Below are positions 24,810 to 37,500 of a stretch of DNA of 64,000 bases, piece by piece; position 1 is the stretch's first letter; each line of letters starts with the position of its first letter. The DNA is taken from the NCBI RefSeq assembly GCF_964213995.1, contig NC_135808.1, forward strand, positions 3,534,001 to 3,598,000, in the 5' to 3' direction. Source of the DNA: Mustelus asterias (lineage: Eukaryota). Made by a program: the position numbers and the translations under genes. The notes beneath the pieces are model-generated. The model was not told the DNA's origin. It did not search any database and was given only the letters and a program-made list of their open reading frames with translations.

Positions 24810-25340
24810 TCTCTGTGACCCTGGATGTGGAAACAGCAACTCCCTGCCTCGAGGTGTCAGAGGATCTGAAGAATTACACACTGGCCATGACTAAGAGGAG
24901 TCTCCCTGACACCTGGAAGAGGTTTACACACTGGCCCTGTGCGCTGGGATCAGAGGGATTCACATCGGAGAGACATTACTGGGAGGTGGAGGTGATGGTG
25001 AATTGGTGGTGGAGACTGGGAGTCGCCGCACTGTCTGTGGAAAGGAAGGACTAGGTCAGTCTGAGCCCAGAGACTGGATTCCGAACCATTGGGCAGATTA
25101 GAGATCAGTTTCATATTAACTTCTCTCCTCCATCCTCTCTCCCTGTCTGTCAGATCCTCAGGAAGGTGGGAGTTTATCTCAGTTGTGAGTCTGGGACAGT
25201 TTAATTTTACAACGCAGACACCAAGTCCCATCTCCACACCCTCAGTGGGAATAAATTCACCCAGAAACTTTATTCTTTCTTCTGAACTTGGAATGTAAAC
25301 CAGTGGCTGAAAATCTGCTCCGGTTCTGATCCGGATAAGA
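24810..25340 (+). pseudogene. B30.2/PRY-SPRY terminal exon (TRIM/BTN type), disrupted
   Basis: ctcccag| acceptor then VSVTLDVETATPCLEVSEDLK...LPDTWKRFTHWPCALGSEGFTSERHYWEVEV...WRLGVA; in-frame TAG at 25052 and downstream frameshifts. Confidence 0.88.
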
Positions 25341-25420
25341 GGCGGGGCCTCGCGGTGGTCACATCATCACTGACATCACAATGACTTGACCCGTGATTAG
25401 CGTCAGGGGCAGAGGTCAGG

Positions 25421-26790
25421 GGTTTTTGATTTGATTTATTGTCACATGTATTAGTATACAGTGAAAAGTATTGTTTCTTGCACGGTATACAGACAAAACA
25501 TACCATTCATAGAGAAGGAAACGAGAGAATGCAGAATATAGTGTTACAGTCATAGCTAGGGTGTAGGAAAGTTCAACTTAATGCAAGTTAAGTCCATTTA
25601 AAAGTCTGACAGCAGCAGCGAAGACGCCATTCTTGAGTCAGTTGGTACGTGACCTCAGACTTTTGTATCTTTTTCTCAAAGGAAGAAGGTGGAAGAGAGA
25701 ATGTCCGGGCTGCGTAGAGTCCTTAATTATGCTGGCTGCTTTGCCGAGGCAGCGGGAAGTGTCAACAAAGTCAATGGATCGGAGGCTAGTTTGTGTGGTG
25801 GATTGGGCTACATTCACGACCTTTTGTAGTTCCTTGAGGTCTTGGGCAGAGCAGGAGCCATACCAAGCTGTGATACAACCAGAAGGAATGCTTTCTATGG
25901 TCCATCTGTAAAAGTGGGTGAGAGTCGTAGCTGACATGCCAAATTTCCTTAGTCTTCTGAGAAAGTAGAGGCATTGGTGGACTTTCTTAACTATAGTGTC
26001 GGCATGGGAGGACCAGGACAGGTTGTTGGTGATCTGGATGCCTAAAAACTTGAAGCTCTCGACCCTTTCTACTTCATCCCCATTGATGTAGACGATGACA
26101 AAATCTCCTTTGTTTTGTTGACATTGAGGGAGAGATTATTGTTGCCGGCCAAGTCCACCCGATTCTCTATCTCATTCCTGTACTCTGTCTTGTCATTGTT
26201 CGAGATCCGACCCACTACAGTGGTGTCGTCAGCAAACTTGAAAATACAATTGGAGGGGAATTTTGCTGCACAGTCATAGGTGTACAAGGAGTATAGTAGG
26301 GGGCTGAGAACACAGCCTTGTGGGGCACCGGTGTTGAGAATTATCGTGGAGGTGTTGTTGCCTATCCTTACTGATTGTGGTCTGTGAGTTAGGAAGTCCA
26401 GGATCTAGTTGCAGAGTGAGGTGCCGAGGCCCAGGCCTCAGAGTTTGGAGATGAGTTTTATGGGAATAATAGTGTTGAAGGCTGAGATGTAGTCAATAAA
26501 TAGGAGTCTGACATAGGTGTCCTTGTTATCTAGGTGTTCCAGGGTTGCGTACAGGGCCAGGGAGATGGCATCTGCTGTGGACCTGTTACAGCGAAAGGCA
26601 AACTGCAGTGGATCCAGGTAGTACGGGAGGCTAGAATTGATTCGTGCCATGACTAGCCTTTCGAAGTACTTCATATTGATGGATGCCAGAGCCACCGGCC
26701 GATAGTCATTCAGGCACGTTGCTTGGTTTTTTCTTAGGTACCGGGATGATGGTCGTCTTCTTGAAACAGGGACCTCAGATTGTTGTAAAG
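25421..26790 (-). mobile_element. Rex1/Babar-like LINE, 5'-truncated
   Basis: [30 protein letters not shown]; FKFADDTT; (atcaa)n tail adjoining the B30.2 flank. Confidence 0.88.
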
Positions 26791-26974
26791 AGTGTTATAA
26801 AGTTGGTGGTCAGAAACCACCATTGACAACAGGTTGTTATTAAATGTGTATTTAATTTCCAAATTGTAAAATCCCAATCAGACTGGAAATAAAAACAATA
26901 CAAATAGAAATGTCAGAGGATTCAAATATAAAGTAAATTGAATATCTTGTGTCTCTCCTTCCTTCATTTTAGAA

Positions 26975-28118
26975 AAAAGAGGCATACATGAGGTCCAGGC
27001 AGCTAAAAACAGATGGAGCACTGGAGGAATATAGAGAAAGTAGAAAAGAACTCAAACAGGGAATTAGAAGGGCAAAAAGGGGTCACAAAATGTCCTTGGC
27101 AGACAGGATTAAGGAGAATCTTAAGGCATTTTATACATACATTCGGAACAAGAAGGTTATTAGGGAAAGAATCGGACCTCTCAGGGACAAAGGAGGGGAA
27201 TTATGCTTCGAACCAAAGGAAGTAGGTGAGATCCTAAATGAATACTTTGCATCAGTATTCACAAAGGAGAGGGACATATTGACTAGTAGTGTCTCAGAGA
27301 GATGTGTTGACCCATGAGAAAAAAATCTCAATTGCAAGGGAGGAAGTGTTAGGTTTTTTAGGAAACATTAAGACAGACAAATCCCCAGGGCCTGATGGCA
27401 TCTATCCTAGGCTCCTCAGGGAGGCAAGAGATGAAATTGCTGGGCCTTTAACAGAAATCTTTGTCTCTTCAGTGGACACAGGTGAGGTCCCAGAGGATTG
27501 GAGGATAGCAAATGTGGTCCCGTTATTTAAGAAGGGTAGCAAGGATAACCTGGGTAATTATAGGCTGGTGAGCTTGACGTCCGTGGTAGGGAAATTGTTG
27601 GAGAAGCTTCTTGGAGATAGGATATATGCGCATTTAGAACTGAATAATCTCATTAGCGATAGTCAGCATAGCTTTGCATGAGGGAGGTCATGCCTCACAA
27701 ATTTGGTTGAGTTTTTTGAGGAGGTGACAAAAATGATTGACGAGGGAAGGGCCATGGATGTCGTCTATATGGATTTTAGTAAAACATTTGACAAGGTCCC
27801 TCATGGCAGGCTGGTGCAAAAGGTTAATTCTCATGGGATAAAAGGTGAGCTAGCTAGATGGGTGGAGAACTAGCTTAGCCATAGAAGACAGAGGGTAGCA
27901 GTGGAGGGGTCTTTTTCCGGTTGGAGGTCTGTGACTAGTGGAGTTCCGCAGGTCTCTGTACTGGGACCTCTGCTGTTTGTGATATATATAAATGATTTGG
28001 AGGAAAATGTAGCTGGTGTGATCAGTAAGTTTGCGGATGACACGAAGATTGCTGGAGTTGCGGATAGTGATGAACATTGTCAGAGAATACAGCAGGATAT
28101 AGATAGGCTGGAACATGA
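26975..28118 (+). mobile_element. CR1 ORF2 fragment
   Basis: [27 protein letters not shown]. Confidence 0.9.
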
Positions 28119-28675
28119 AGCATGCAGACACTACGACAACGGATGAATGAACACCGCTCGACAATCACCAGGCAAAACTGTTCTCTTCCTGTGGGGGAGC
28201 ACTTCAGCAGTCACGGGCATTCAGCCTTGGATCTTCAGGTAAGTGTTCTCCAAGGTGGCCTTCACGACACACGACAGCACAGAGTCGCTGAGCAGAAACT
28301 GATAACCAAGTTCCGCACACATGAGGACGGCCTAAACCGGGATGTTGGATTTATGTCACATTATCAGTAACCCCCACAGCTTGCCTCCTGGGCTTGCAGA
28401 ATCTCACTAGCTGTTCTGTCTGGAGACAATACACATCTCTTTAACCTGTGTTTAATGTTTCCTCCACCCACATTGTCTGTACCTTTAAGACCTTGCTGGC
28501 TGTAGGATTTGCATTCTAATCAGTATTCTGCAACTTGATTTTGTCTGTTTGCATTGTTTGAGAGCACATTTCCACTCCATCTGACGAAGGAGCAGTGCTC
28601 CGAAAGCTTATGGTATTTGCTACCAAATAAACCTGTTGGACTTTAACCTGGTGTTATGAGACTTCTTACTGTGTT
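28119..28675 (+). mobile_element. Penelope-like 3' end (GIY-YIG C-terminus and hammerhead-bearing terminus)
   Basis: MQTLRQRMNEHRS..GLNRDVGF; terminus shared with 13530-13843. Confidence 0.9.
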
Positions 28676-28924
28676 GAACTTGTTATCAGATAAGGTAGCT
28701 ACAGGAACTCTTGGTGACAGAAAGTCTGGCCCGATCTGGGCTTCGAACAATAGACCGATGCATTTCAATGAGGTGCCATGATCTCCTGCTAAGTCTCAAG
28801 TAGAGTGTAACGACCTTTGATGGGTCAGGCCCAGACATTTGTGTATTGTACAATTGGCCTGCCTGAGGTTTGACTGTTTGATTTCAATATGCCCAATTCT
28901 TTAATTTAGGATACAAACTCTTAA

Positions 28925-30590
28925 GGTGACACAGGAAATCTAGCCCCAGGAGTACGGCAGCGCAGAGTTGTGGCAGCACGAGGAGCTTGAAATTTTTGTA
29001 CACTGTGCCCCGTGGACATCCACCGAGTGGGACTTTGAAGCCATGGAGATCATTTGCTTTACTGGCAGTACTGAAAGGGCGTAGCGACTCACTGTGTTCG
29101 GGTGAATAAAGCTTTCCATACTCCCACAGTCAAATAAACAGTTTGTAGTGCGACCGTTTATCTCGATGTCCATCATGGACCTGGCGAGTTGGTGAGGCCT
29201 GGATTGGTCCAGCATAACCGAGGCCGCCGTTGGATTTTGCGATGCGGCTGAGGGCGTCCAAGATGGCGGCCCGCACGGTTCACACGCGGTTGATGGTGTC
29301 CAAGATGGCGGCACGCATGCGGCTCAGGGCGTCCAAGATGGCAGCCCCCGCGGGTTGCATGCGGCGCTTCTGGGCTTGGAGGTCGATTTCGCCCTGCATA
29401 CCTTCACGTAATGGCCCTTCTTTCCACACCCGGAGCAGATCGCATCCTTCACCAGGTAGCGTTGTCGGGGGTGGTTCCCCAGGCCGCAGAAGTAGCACTC
29501 CGGGCCTCCGGAGTCTGCCGCTGCGGTCGGGTCATTGGTGGGACGTGGCATTGCGTAGGCCTGCGGCCCTCCCGAGTACAGAGGTGGCGGCGACCGCGGT
29601 GTCCACGATGTGCCCCCATGGTCGGGGGTGTAGGCTGAGATTACGGAAGGCCACCTGTAACGAGTCGGCAAGCGCCACAGTCTTTTGTAGGTCCAGCCCA
29701 CCCAGTTCCAGCAGTCGTTGTCGGATATAGTTTGACCTGATACCCGTGACATAGGCATCTCTGATTAAGTCCTCAGTGTTTTGGGCGGCTGTTACGGCCT
29801 TGCAGTTGCAGGCCCTGCCAAGTTCTCGCAACGCACGCAGGAATTGATCGCCCGATTCTCCTGGCTGTTGTCTGCGAGTAGCCAGAAGATATCTGGCGTA
29901 GATTTCATTAGACTGTTTGTTGTACTGGCCTTTTAAAAGTTCGATCGCATTCTTGTAAGTTTCATCGTCCCTAATCATCGAGAATACTTAATTGCTTACC
30001 CGGGCATGGAGCACGTGTAGCTTGTCGGTTTCGGTCCGGACAATAGAGGCGGAGGCGGTGAGGAAAGTTTTGAAACATCGCAGCCAGTGATCAAAGCTGT
30101 TCGAGGCTCCTACGGCTTGAGGATCCAATTCGAGTCTATCGGGTTTTAGTATCTGCTCCATCCCAAAACCTTTTTGCTAATAACATTGATACACTATCAA
30201 TCAAGCAAAGACTAGTTTGTATGCAAGAACAAATAGGCTTTTATTAGCAAAAGACTTGGAGCACACCCATGCCAATGAACTGGTCCCGAGACTGAGGCAG
30301 GGGGTGGGGAGCAGTCACCTTTATACCTGGACCAGGGGGGGGAGGAGTCCCAGGCAGGGCCAGCAGGGGCATGTCCAGGCATGTCACACATACACAGGCA
30401 ATAAGCTAACAGTGGTTTACCACATTCACCCCCTGCTTTTAAAAAAAGAGTCCGGCGGGGGTGAGGTGGGTGGAACGATATTTACAGAATTACAAATTTA
30501 GATTCCCTGGGGGCTTGATCTGCCGCTGCGACCGCCGTAGTGCTGGTTGTGGAGTCGGTTCTGGTGGCCGCGGTGTTGGTTCAGGCGCCA
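28925..30590 (-). mobile_element. Gypsy (Mag-like) LTR retrotransposon remnant: integrase end and PPT, LTR (30187-30424), gag-protease
   Basis: LRRSQRQIKPP end, purine tract aaaagcagggggtgaa, LTR tgtggtaaacc..gtgtatca, gag from ATG 30161 (MEQILKPDRLELDPQ; in-frame stop), tandem zinc knuckles (CSGCGKKGHYVKVC), protease LFDCGS. Confidence 0.88.
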
Positions 30591-30591
30591 G

Positions 30592-30846
30592 AGCTCAGCA
30601 GAAACTGATCAGCAGAAACTGAGCCTATGCTTAACCTTCTCTCCACTCACATTGTCAGTATCTTTAAGACTTGATTACCTGTAAAGACTCGCATTCCAAC
30701 CACTATCTTGTAAATTGAATTTGTGTCTTTATGTGCCCTGTCTGTGAACACTCACCTGATGAAGGGGCAGTGCTCCGAAAGCTTGTGGCTTGTGCTACCA
30801 AATAAACCTGTTGGACTTGAACCTGGTGTTGTGAGACTGCTTACTG
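30592..30846 (+). mobile_element. Penelope-like terminal fragment
   Basis: ctcagcagaaactgat and the terminus cacctgatgaagg..gaaagcttgtgg..ctactgt-like end. Confidence 0.8.
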
Positions 30847-30984
30847 TTCTATGGCCAAGCCAGCTCTGAATCCATCCAGCTACTTCACCCCTGATCCCAT
30901 GTGATTTCATCTTTTGCACCAGCCTGTCATGAGGGACCTTGTCAAATGCTTTACTAAAGCCCATATAGACAACATCCACAACCC

Positions 30985-31532
30985 TGCACACAGTCAGCGC
31001 AGGAAACCCCTGCGCACAGTCAGCGCAGGAAACCCCTGCGCACAGTCAGCACTGGAAACCCCTGCGCACAGTCAGCACTGGAAACCCCTGCGCACAGTCA
31101 GCACTGGAAACCCCTGCGCACAGTCAGCACTGGAAACCCCTGCGCACAGTCAGCACTGGAAACCCCTGCGCACAGTCAGCACTGGAAACCCCTGCGCACA
31201 GTCAGCACTGGAAACCCCTGCGCACAGTCAGCACTGGAAACCCCTGCGCACAGTCAGCACTGGAAACCCCTGCGCACAGTCAGCACTGGAAACCCCTGCG
31301 CACAGTCAGCACTGGAAACCCCTGCGCACAGGAAACCCCTCCGCACAGTCAGCACTGGAAACCTCCGCACAGTCAGCACTGGAAACCCCTCCGCACAGTC
31401 AGCACTGGAAACCCCTCCGCACAGGAAACCCCTCCGCACAGTCAGCACAGGAAACCCCTCCTCACAGTCAGCACTGGAAACCCCTCCACACAGTCAGCAC
31501 TGGAAACCCCTCCACACAGTCAGTACAGGAAA
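30985..31532. repeat. 26-bp minisatellite (about 20 units)
   Basis: Unit cacagtcagcactggaaacccctgcg; explains the periodic 234-aa ORF. Confidence 0.95.
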
Positions 31533-31759
31533 CCAAAACAAAAAAGTTTGCGTTGGAGCTTTGCAACAGTTTAAGGAAGGAGTTGTCGACAAGAGAGCAG
31601 GATAGTGTGTTGAAATGATAAGCGACAGGAAGGTCTGGCTCCTGCTTATGGACAGACCAGAGGTGTTCTGCAAAGCGGTCACCCAGTCTGCATATCCTTT
31701 CACCCACCTCCAGCCTTCTCCCTGGGACATCTGCCACATGGCTCAGGTTGTCCTGACCT

Positions 31760-33840
31760 ACACCATAGGGATGTGGTGTAATGATATTGTCACTGGACTA
31801 GTAATCTGGAGACCAAAGGGCCCGGGCTAAAATCCCACCACAGCAGCTGGTGGAATTTGAATTCAATAAAGAAGTCTGGAATTAAAGGTTTAATGATGAC
31901 CATTGTCGATTGTCATAAAAACCCACTAGTTCACGAATGTCCTTTAGGGGAGGAAATCTGCCCTCCTCACCCGGTCTGGCCTACAGGTGACTCCATCTCC
32001 ACAGTCATGTAGTTGATTCTTTAAAATGCCCTCTGAAATGTCTGAGCAAGCCACTCAGTTCAAGGGCAATTACGGATTGCCATGAATGTTGGCCCAGCCA
32101 GCAATGCCCAGCACATCAGTGCAAAAGATGAGGTTGGAAACATCTTCAGCCAGAAATGCTGAGTGGATGATCCATCTCGGCCTCCTCTGAACATCCTCAG
32201 CATCACAGATGCCAGTTTTCAGTCAAATTGATATCAAGAAATGGCTGAAGGCACTGAGTACTACAAAGACTAGTGGTCCTGAGAACATACCTAAGACATG
32301 TGCTCCAGAACTAAACTTATCCATCTTCAGCTCCTTTATCAATGACCTTCCCTCCGTCATAAGGTCAGAAGTGGAGATGTTCACTGGTGGTTGCACAATG
32401 CTCAGCACCATTCGTGACTCCTCAGATATTGAAACAATCCAGGTCCAAATTCAGTAAGCCCTGGACAATGTCTAGAAGAATGCCGGGCAATAACCATCTC
32501 CAACAAGAGAGGATCTAACCATTGTCCTTTGACATTCAATGGAATTATTATCACTGAACTCCCACATTATCAACATCCTAGGGGTTACCATTAACCAGAA
32601 ACTGAACTGAAATAGCCACAAAAATACTGTGACTACAAGAGCAGATCAGAGGCAAGACATTCTGCAGTGATTAACTCACCTCCTGACTCCCCAAAGCCTG
32701 TCCACCATCTACAAGACACAAGTCAGGAGTGTGAAGGAATACTCCCCACTTGCCGAGATGAGTGCAGCTCCAACAACACTCAAGAATCTCAGCACCAGTC
32801 ACAGGTGGACAGAGTGGTGAAGAAGGCATTCGACATGCTTGGTTTCATCGGTCAGAACATTGAATACAGGAGTTGGAATGTCTTGTTGAAGTTGTACAAG
32901 ACATTGGTAAGGCCACACTTGGAATACTGTGTACAGTTCTGGTCACATTATTATAGAAAGGATATTATTAAACTAGAAAGAGTGCAGAAAAGATTTACTA
33001 GGATGCCACCGAGACTTGATGGATTGAGTTATAAAGGAGAAGCTGGCTAGACGGGGACTTTTTTCTCTGGAGCGTAGGAGGCTGAGGGGTGATCTTATAG
33101 AGGTCTATAAAATAATGAGGGGCACAGATCAGCTAGATGGTCAATATCTTTTCCCAAAGGTAGGGGAGTCTAAAACTAGAGGGCATAGGTTTACGGTGAG
33201 AGGGGAGAGATACAAAAGTGTTCAGAGGGGCAATTCTTTCACACAGAGGGTAGTGAGTGTCTGGAATAAGCTGCCAGAGATAATAATCGAGGCGGGTACA
33301 ATTTTGTCTTTTAAAAAGCATTTGGATAGTTACATGGGTACGATGGGTAAAGAGGGATATGGGCCAAATGCGGGCAATTGGGATTAGCTTAGGGCTTTTT
33401 TTAAAAAAGGGCAGCATGGACAAGTTGGGCCGAAGGGCCTGATCCATGCTGCAAACCTCTATGACTCTATGACCATCCAGAACAAACAGTCTGTTGGATT
33501 AGCACCCCATCCCGTGACTTAGGCATTCACTCCACCACTGATGCATAGTGACAGCCGTGTGTACCATATACAAGATGTACTCGAGCAACTCACCAAGATT
33601 CCTTCAATAGTGCAACCAAAATCTGTGACTTCTACCACCTCAGTGGACAAGGCAGCAGACACATGGGAATACCACCACCTCCAAACTACTCACCATCCTG
33701 ACTTGTAACTGTATCGCTATTCCTTCACTGACACTGTGTCAACATTGTAAAACTCCCTTCCTAACAGCACTGTGGGTGTACTTAGACCACAGGGACTGCA
33801 GCGATTCAAGAAGGCAGCTCACCACCATCTTCTCAAGGGC
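31760..33840 (+). mobile_element. SINE-like element sharing the family A tail (31760-32105) and family A LINE fragments, interrupted by a CR1 3' end (32795-33472)
   Basis: Homology to 244-847 and 2120-2295; CR1 tail ctctatgactctatga at about 33460. Confidence 0.7.
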
Positions 33841-34168
33841 AATCAGTAAGTTTTCAGTTGACACCAAGATTGGTGGCATAATGGACAGTGAAGAAGGTTA
33901 TCCAGGATTGCAATGGGATCTTGATCAATTGGGCCAGTGGGCTGACGAATGGCAGATGGAGTTTAATTTGGATAAATGTGAGGTGATGCATTTTGGTAAA
34001 TCAAACCAGGGCAGAACTTACTCAGCTAATGGCAGGTCATTGGGGAGAGTTATAGAACAAAGAGATCTCGGGGTACAGGTTCATAGCTCCTTGAAAGTGG
34101 AGTCACAGGTGGACAGAGCAGTGAAGAAGACATTCGGCATGCTTGGTTTCATTGGTCAGAACATTGAA

Positions 34169-34409
34169 AGAAGTTTAACAACAGCAGGTTAAAGTCCAAC
34201 AGGTTTATTTGGTAGCAAAAGCCACACAAGCTTTCGGAGCTCTAAGCCCCTTCTTCAGGTGAAACTAAAGGTGACTCACCTGAAGAAGGGGCTTAGAGCT
34301 CCGAAAGCTTGTGTGGCTTTTGCTACCAAATAAACCTGTTGGACTTTAACCTGGTGTTGTTAAACTTCTTACTGTGTTTACCCCAGTCCAACGCCGGCAT
34401 CTCCACATC
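34169..34409. mobile_element. Fold-back mini Penelope-terminus insertion with a hammerhead motif on each strand
   Basis: Arms about 34168-34262 and 34276-34370; TSD tcagaacattgaa (34156-34168 / 34408-34420). Confidence 0.9.
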
Positions 34410-34514
34410 AGAACATTGAATACAGGAGTTGGGACGTCTTGTTGAAGTTGTACAAGACATTGGTAAGGCCACACTTGGAATACTATGTACAGTTCTGGTC
34501 ACCCTATTATAGAA

Positions 34515-37500
34515 CATAGAGCATAGAAAAAATACAGCACAAACATGCCCTTCGGCCCACAAGTTGCACCGGTCATGTCCCTACCTACCTAGGCTTATAT
34601 ATAGGCTTACCTATAACCCTCAATCCTATTAAGTTCCACGTACTCATCCAGAAGTCTCTTAAAAGACCCTATCGAGTTTGCCTCCACCACCACTGACGGC
34701 AGCTGATTCCACTCACCCACCACCCTCTGAGTGAAAAACTTACCCCTGACATCTCCTCTGTACCTGTGTCCTCTTGTAGCAGCCATTTCAGCCCTGGGAA
34801 AAAGCCTCCGAGAATCCACCCGATCTATACCTCTCAACATCTTGTACACCTCTGTCAAGTCACCTCTCATCCTTCGTCTCTCCAAGGAGAAAAGACCGAG
34901 CTCCCTCAACCTATCCTCATAAGGCATGCCAACCAATCCAGGCAACATCCTTGTAAATCTTCTCTACACCCTTTCAATAATTTCCACATCCATCCTGTAA
35001 TGAGGCGACCAGAACTGAGCACAGTACTCCAAGTGGGGTCTGACGAGGGTCCTATAAAGCTGTATCATTATCTCCTGACTCCGAAACTCAATCCCTCGAT
35101 TGATGAAGGCCAGCACACCATACGCCTTCTTAACCACCTCCTCCACCTGCGAGGCCGATTTAAGAGTCCTATGGACCTGGACCTCAAGGTCCTTCTGATC
35201 CTCTACACTGCTAAGAGTCTTACCCTTGATATTATACTCCTTCATCCCATTTGACCTAACAAAATGAACCACTACACATTTATCCGGGTTGAAGTCCATC
35301 TGCCACTTCTCCACCCAGTCTTGTATCCTATCCAACTTTTGGATGCTGTTGCGGGGCGGGGAGGGGGGGGACTTAGCAGGGGTAAGCCATAGTGTACAGG
35401 TCACTGGCTCAGAGTCTGTCTTTGTGGCTCAGAAGGGAAGGGGGGGAGAGGAGTAGAGGATTAGTCATTGGAGACTCCATAGTTAAAGGGATGGATAGGA
35501 GATTCTGCAGGAACGAGAGAGACTCGCGGTTGGTGTGTTGCCTCCCAGAAGCCAGAGTCCACGATGTCTCGGATTGTGTTTTCGAAATCCTTAAGGGGGT
35601 GGGGGACCAGCCCCAAGTTGTGGTTCACATAGGCACTCAAGACATAGGTAGGAAAAGGGATGGGGATGTAAGGCAGAAATTCAGGGAGTTAGGGTGGAAG
35701 CTTAGGGCTAGAACAAACAAAGTTGTTATCTCTGGTTTGTTACCCGTGCCATGTGATAGTGAGGAGAGGAATACGGAGAGAGAGCAATTGAACACGTGGC
35801 TACAGGGATGGTGCAGGTGGGAGGGTTTCAGATACCTGGACAATTGGGGCTCTTTCTGGGGTAGGTGGGACCTCTGCAAACAGGATGGACTGCACCTGAA
35901 CCAGAGGGGTACCAATATCTTGGCGGGGAAATTTGCTAATGCTCTTCAGGAGGGTTTAAACTAATTCAGCAGGGGGGTGGGTACCTGAATTGTAGCTTCG
36001 GTGTACAGGAGGTTGAGAGTAGTGAGGTCATGGATGAGGTTTCAGGGTCACAGGAGTGTACTGACAGGCAGGAAGGTGGTTTGAAGTGTGTCTACTTCAA
36101 CGCCAGGAGCATCCGGAATAAGGTGGGTGAACTTGCAGCATGGGTTGGTACCTGGGATTTCGATGTTGTGGCCATCTTGGAGACATGGATAGAGCAGGGA
36201 CAGGAATGGTTGTTGCAGGTTCCAGGGTTTAGATGTTTCAGTGAGTACAGGGAAGGTGGCAAAAGAGGGGGAGGTGTGGCATTGTTAGTCAAGGACAGTA
36301 TTACAGTGGCAGAAAGGACATTTGATGAGGACTCGTCTACTGAGGTAGCTTGGACTGAGGTTAGAAACAGGAAAGGAGAGGTCACCCTGTTGGGAGTTTT
36401 TTTATAGACCTCCGAAAAGTTCCAGAGATGTAGAGGAAAAGATTGCAAAGATGATTCTGGATAGGAGCGAAAGTAACAGGGTAGTTGTTCTGGGGGACTT
36501 TAACTTTACAAATATTGACTGGAAAAGCTATCGTCGAGTACTTTGGAGGGGTCAGTTTTTGTCCAATGTGTGCAGGAAGGCTTCCTGACACAGTGCGTAG
36601 ATAGACCAACAAGAGACAAGGCCACCTTGGATTTGGCACTGGGTAATGAACCAGGCCAGGTGTTAGATTTGGAGGTAAGTGAGCACTTTGGTGACAGTGA
36701 CCACAATTTGATTACATTTACCTTAGCAATGGAAAGAGATAGGTATATACCAAAGGGCAAGAGTTATAGCTGTGGGAAAGGAAATGATGATGTGATTAGG
36801 CAATATTTAGCTGGCATAGGTTGGGGAAGGAAACTTCAGGGGATGGGCACAATTGTAATGTGGAACTTGTTCAAGGAACAGCTACTACGCGTCCTTGATA
36901 AATATGTACCTGTCAGGCAGGGAGGAAGCAGACGTGTGAGGAAACCGTGGTTTACTAAGGAGGTTGAATCTCTTGTGAAGAGGAAGAAGGAGACTTATGT
37001 TAAGATGAGACGTGAAGGCTCAGTTAGGGCACTTGAGAGTTACAAGTTAGCCAGGAAGGACCTAAAGAAAGAGTTAAGAGGAGCCAGGAGGGGACATGAG
37101 AAGTCTTTGGCAGGTAGGATCAAGGAAAACCCTAAAGCTTTCTATAGGTATGTCAGGAGTAAAAGAATGACTAGGGTAAGATTAGGGCCAGTCAAGGACA
37201 GGAGTGGGAAGTTGTGCGTGGAGTCTGAAGAGATAGGAGAGGCACTAAATGAATATTTTTCGTCGGTATTCACACAGAAGAGGGACAGTGTTGTCGAGGC
37301 GAATACTGAGATACAGGCTGTTGGACTGGACGGGATTGAGGTTCATAAGGAGGAGGTGTTAGCAATTCTGGAAAGGGTAAAAATAGATAAGTCCCCTGGG
37401 CCGGATGGGATTTATCCCAGGATTCTCTGGGAGGCTAGAGAGGAGATTGCAGAGCCTTTGGCTTTGATCTTTGTGTCGTCATTGTCTACAGGAACAGTGC

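Noticed and set aside
22095-24810. Long P/S/L-rich ORFs, including the N-terminal part of the 373-aa ORF
   Set aside because: Stop-free only because the strand lacks purines; only the part after the acceptor at 24810 is B30.2
24810-25340. B30.2 exon as the 3' end of the BTN gene in this window
   Set aside because: It lies upstream of the BTN start on the same strand and is disrupted
30985-31545. cacagt repeats as V(D)J recombination signal sequences, or the array as a CRISPR
   Set aside because: The heptamer is CACAGTC with no ACAAAAACC nonamer at 12 or 23 spacing; units are contiguous with no unique spacers and the DNA is eukaryotic
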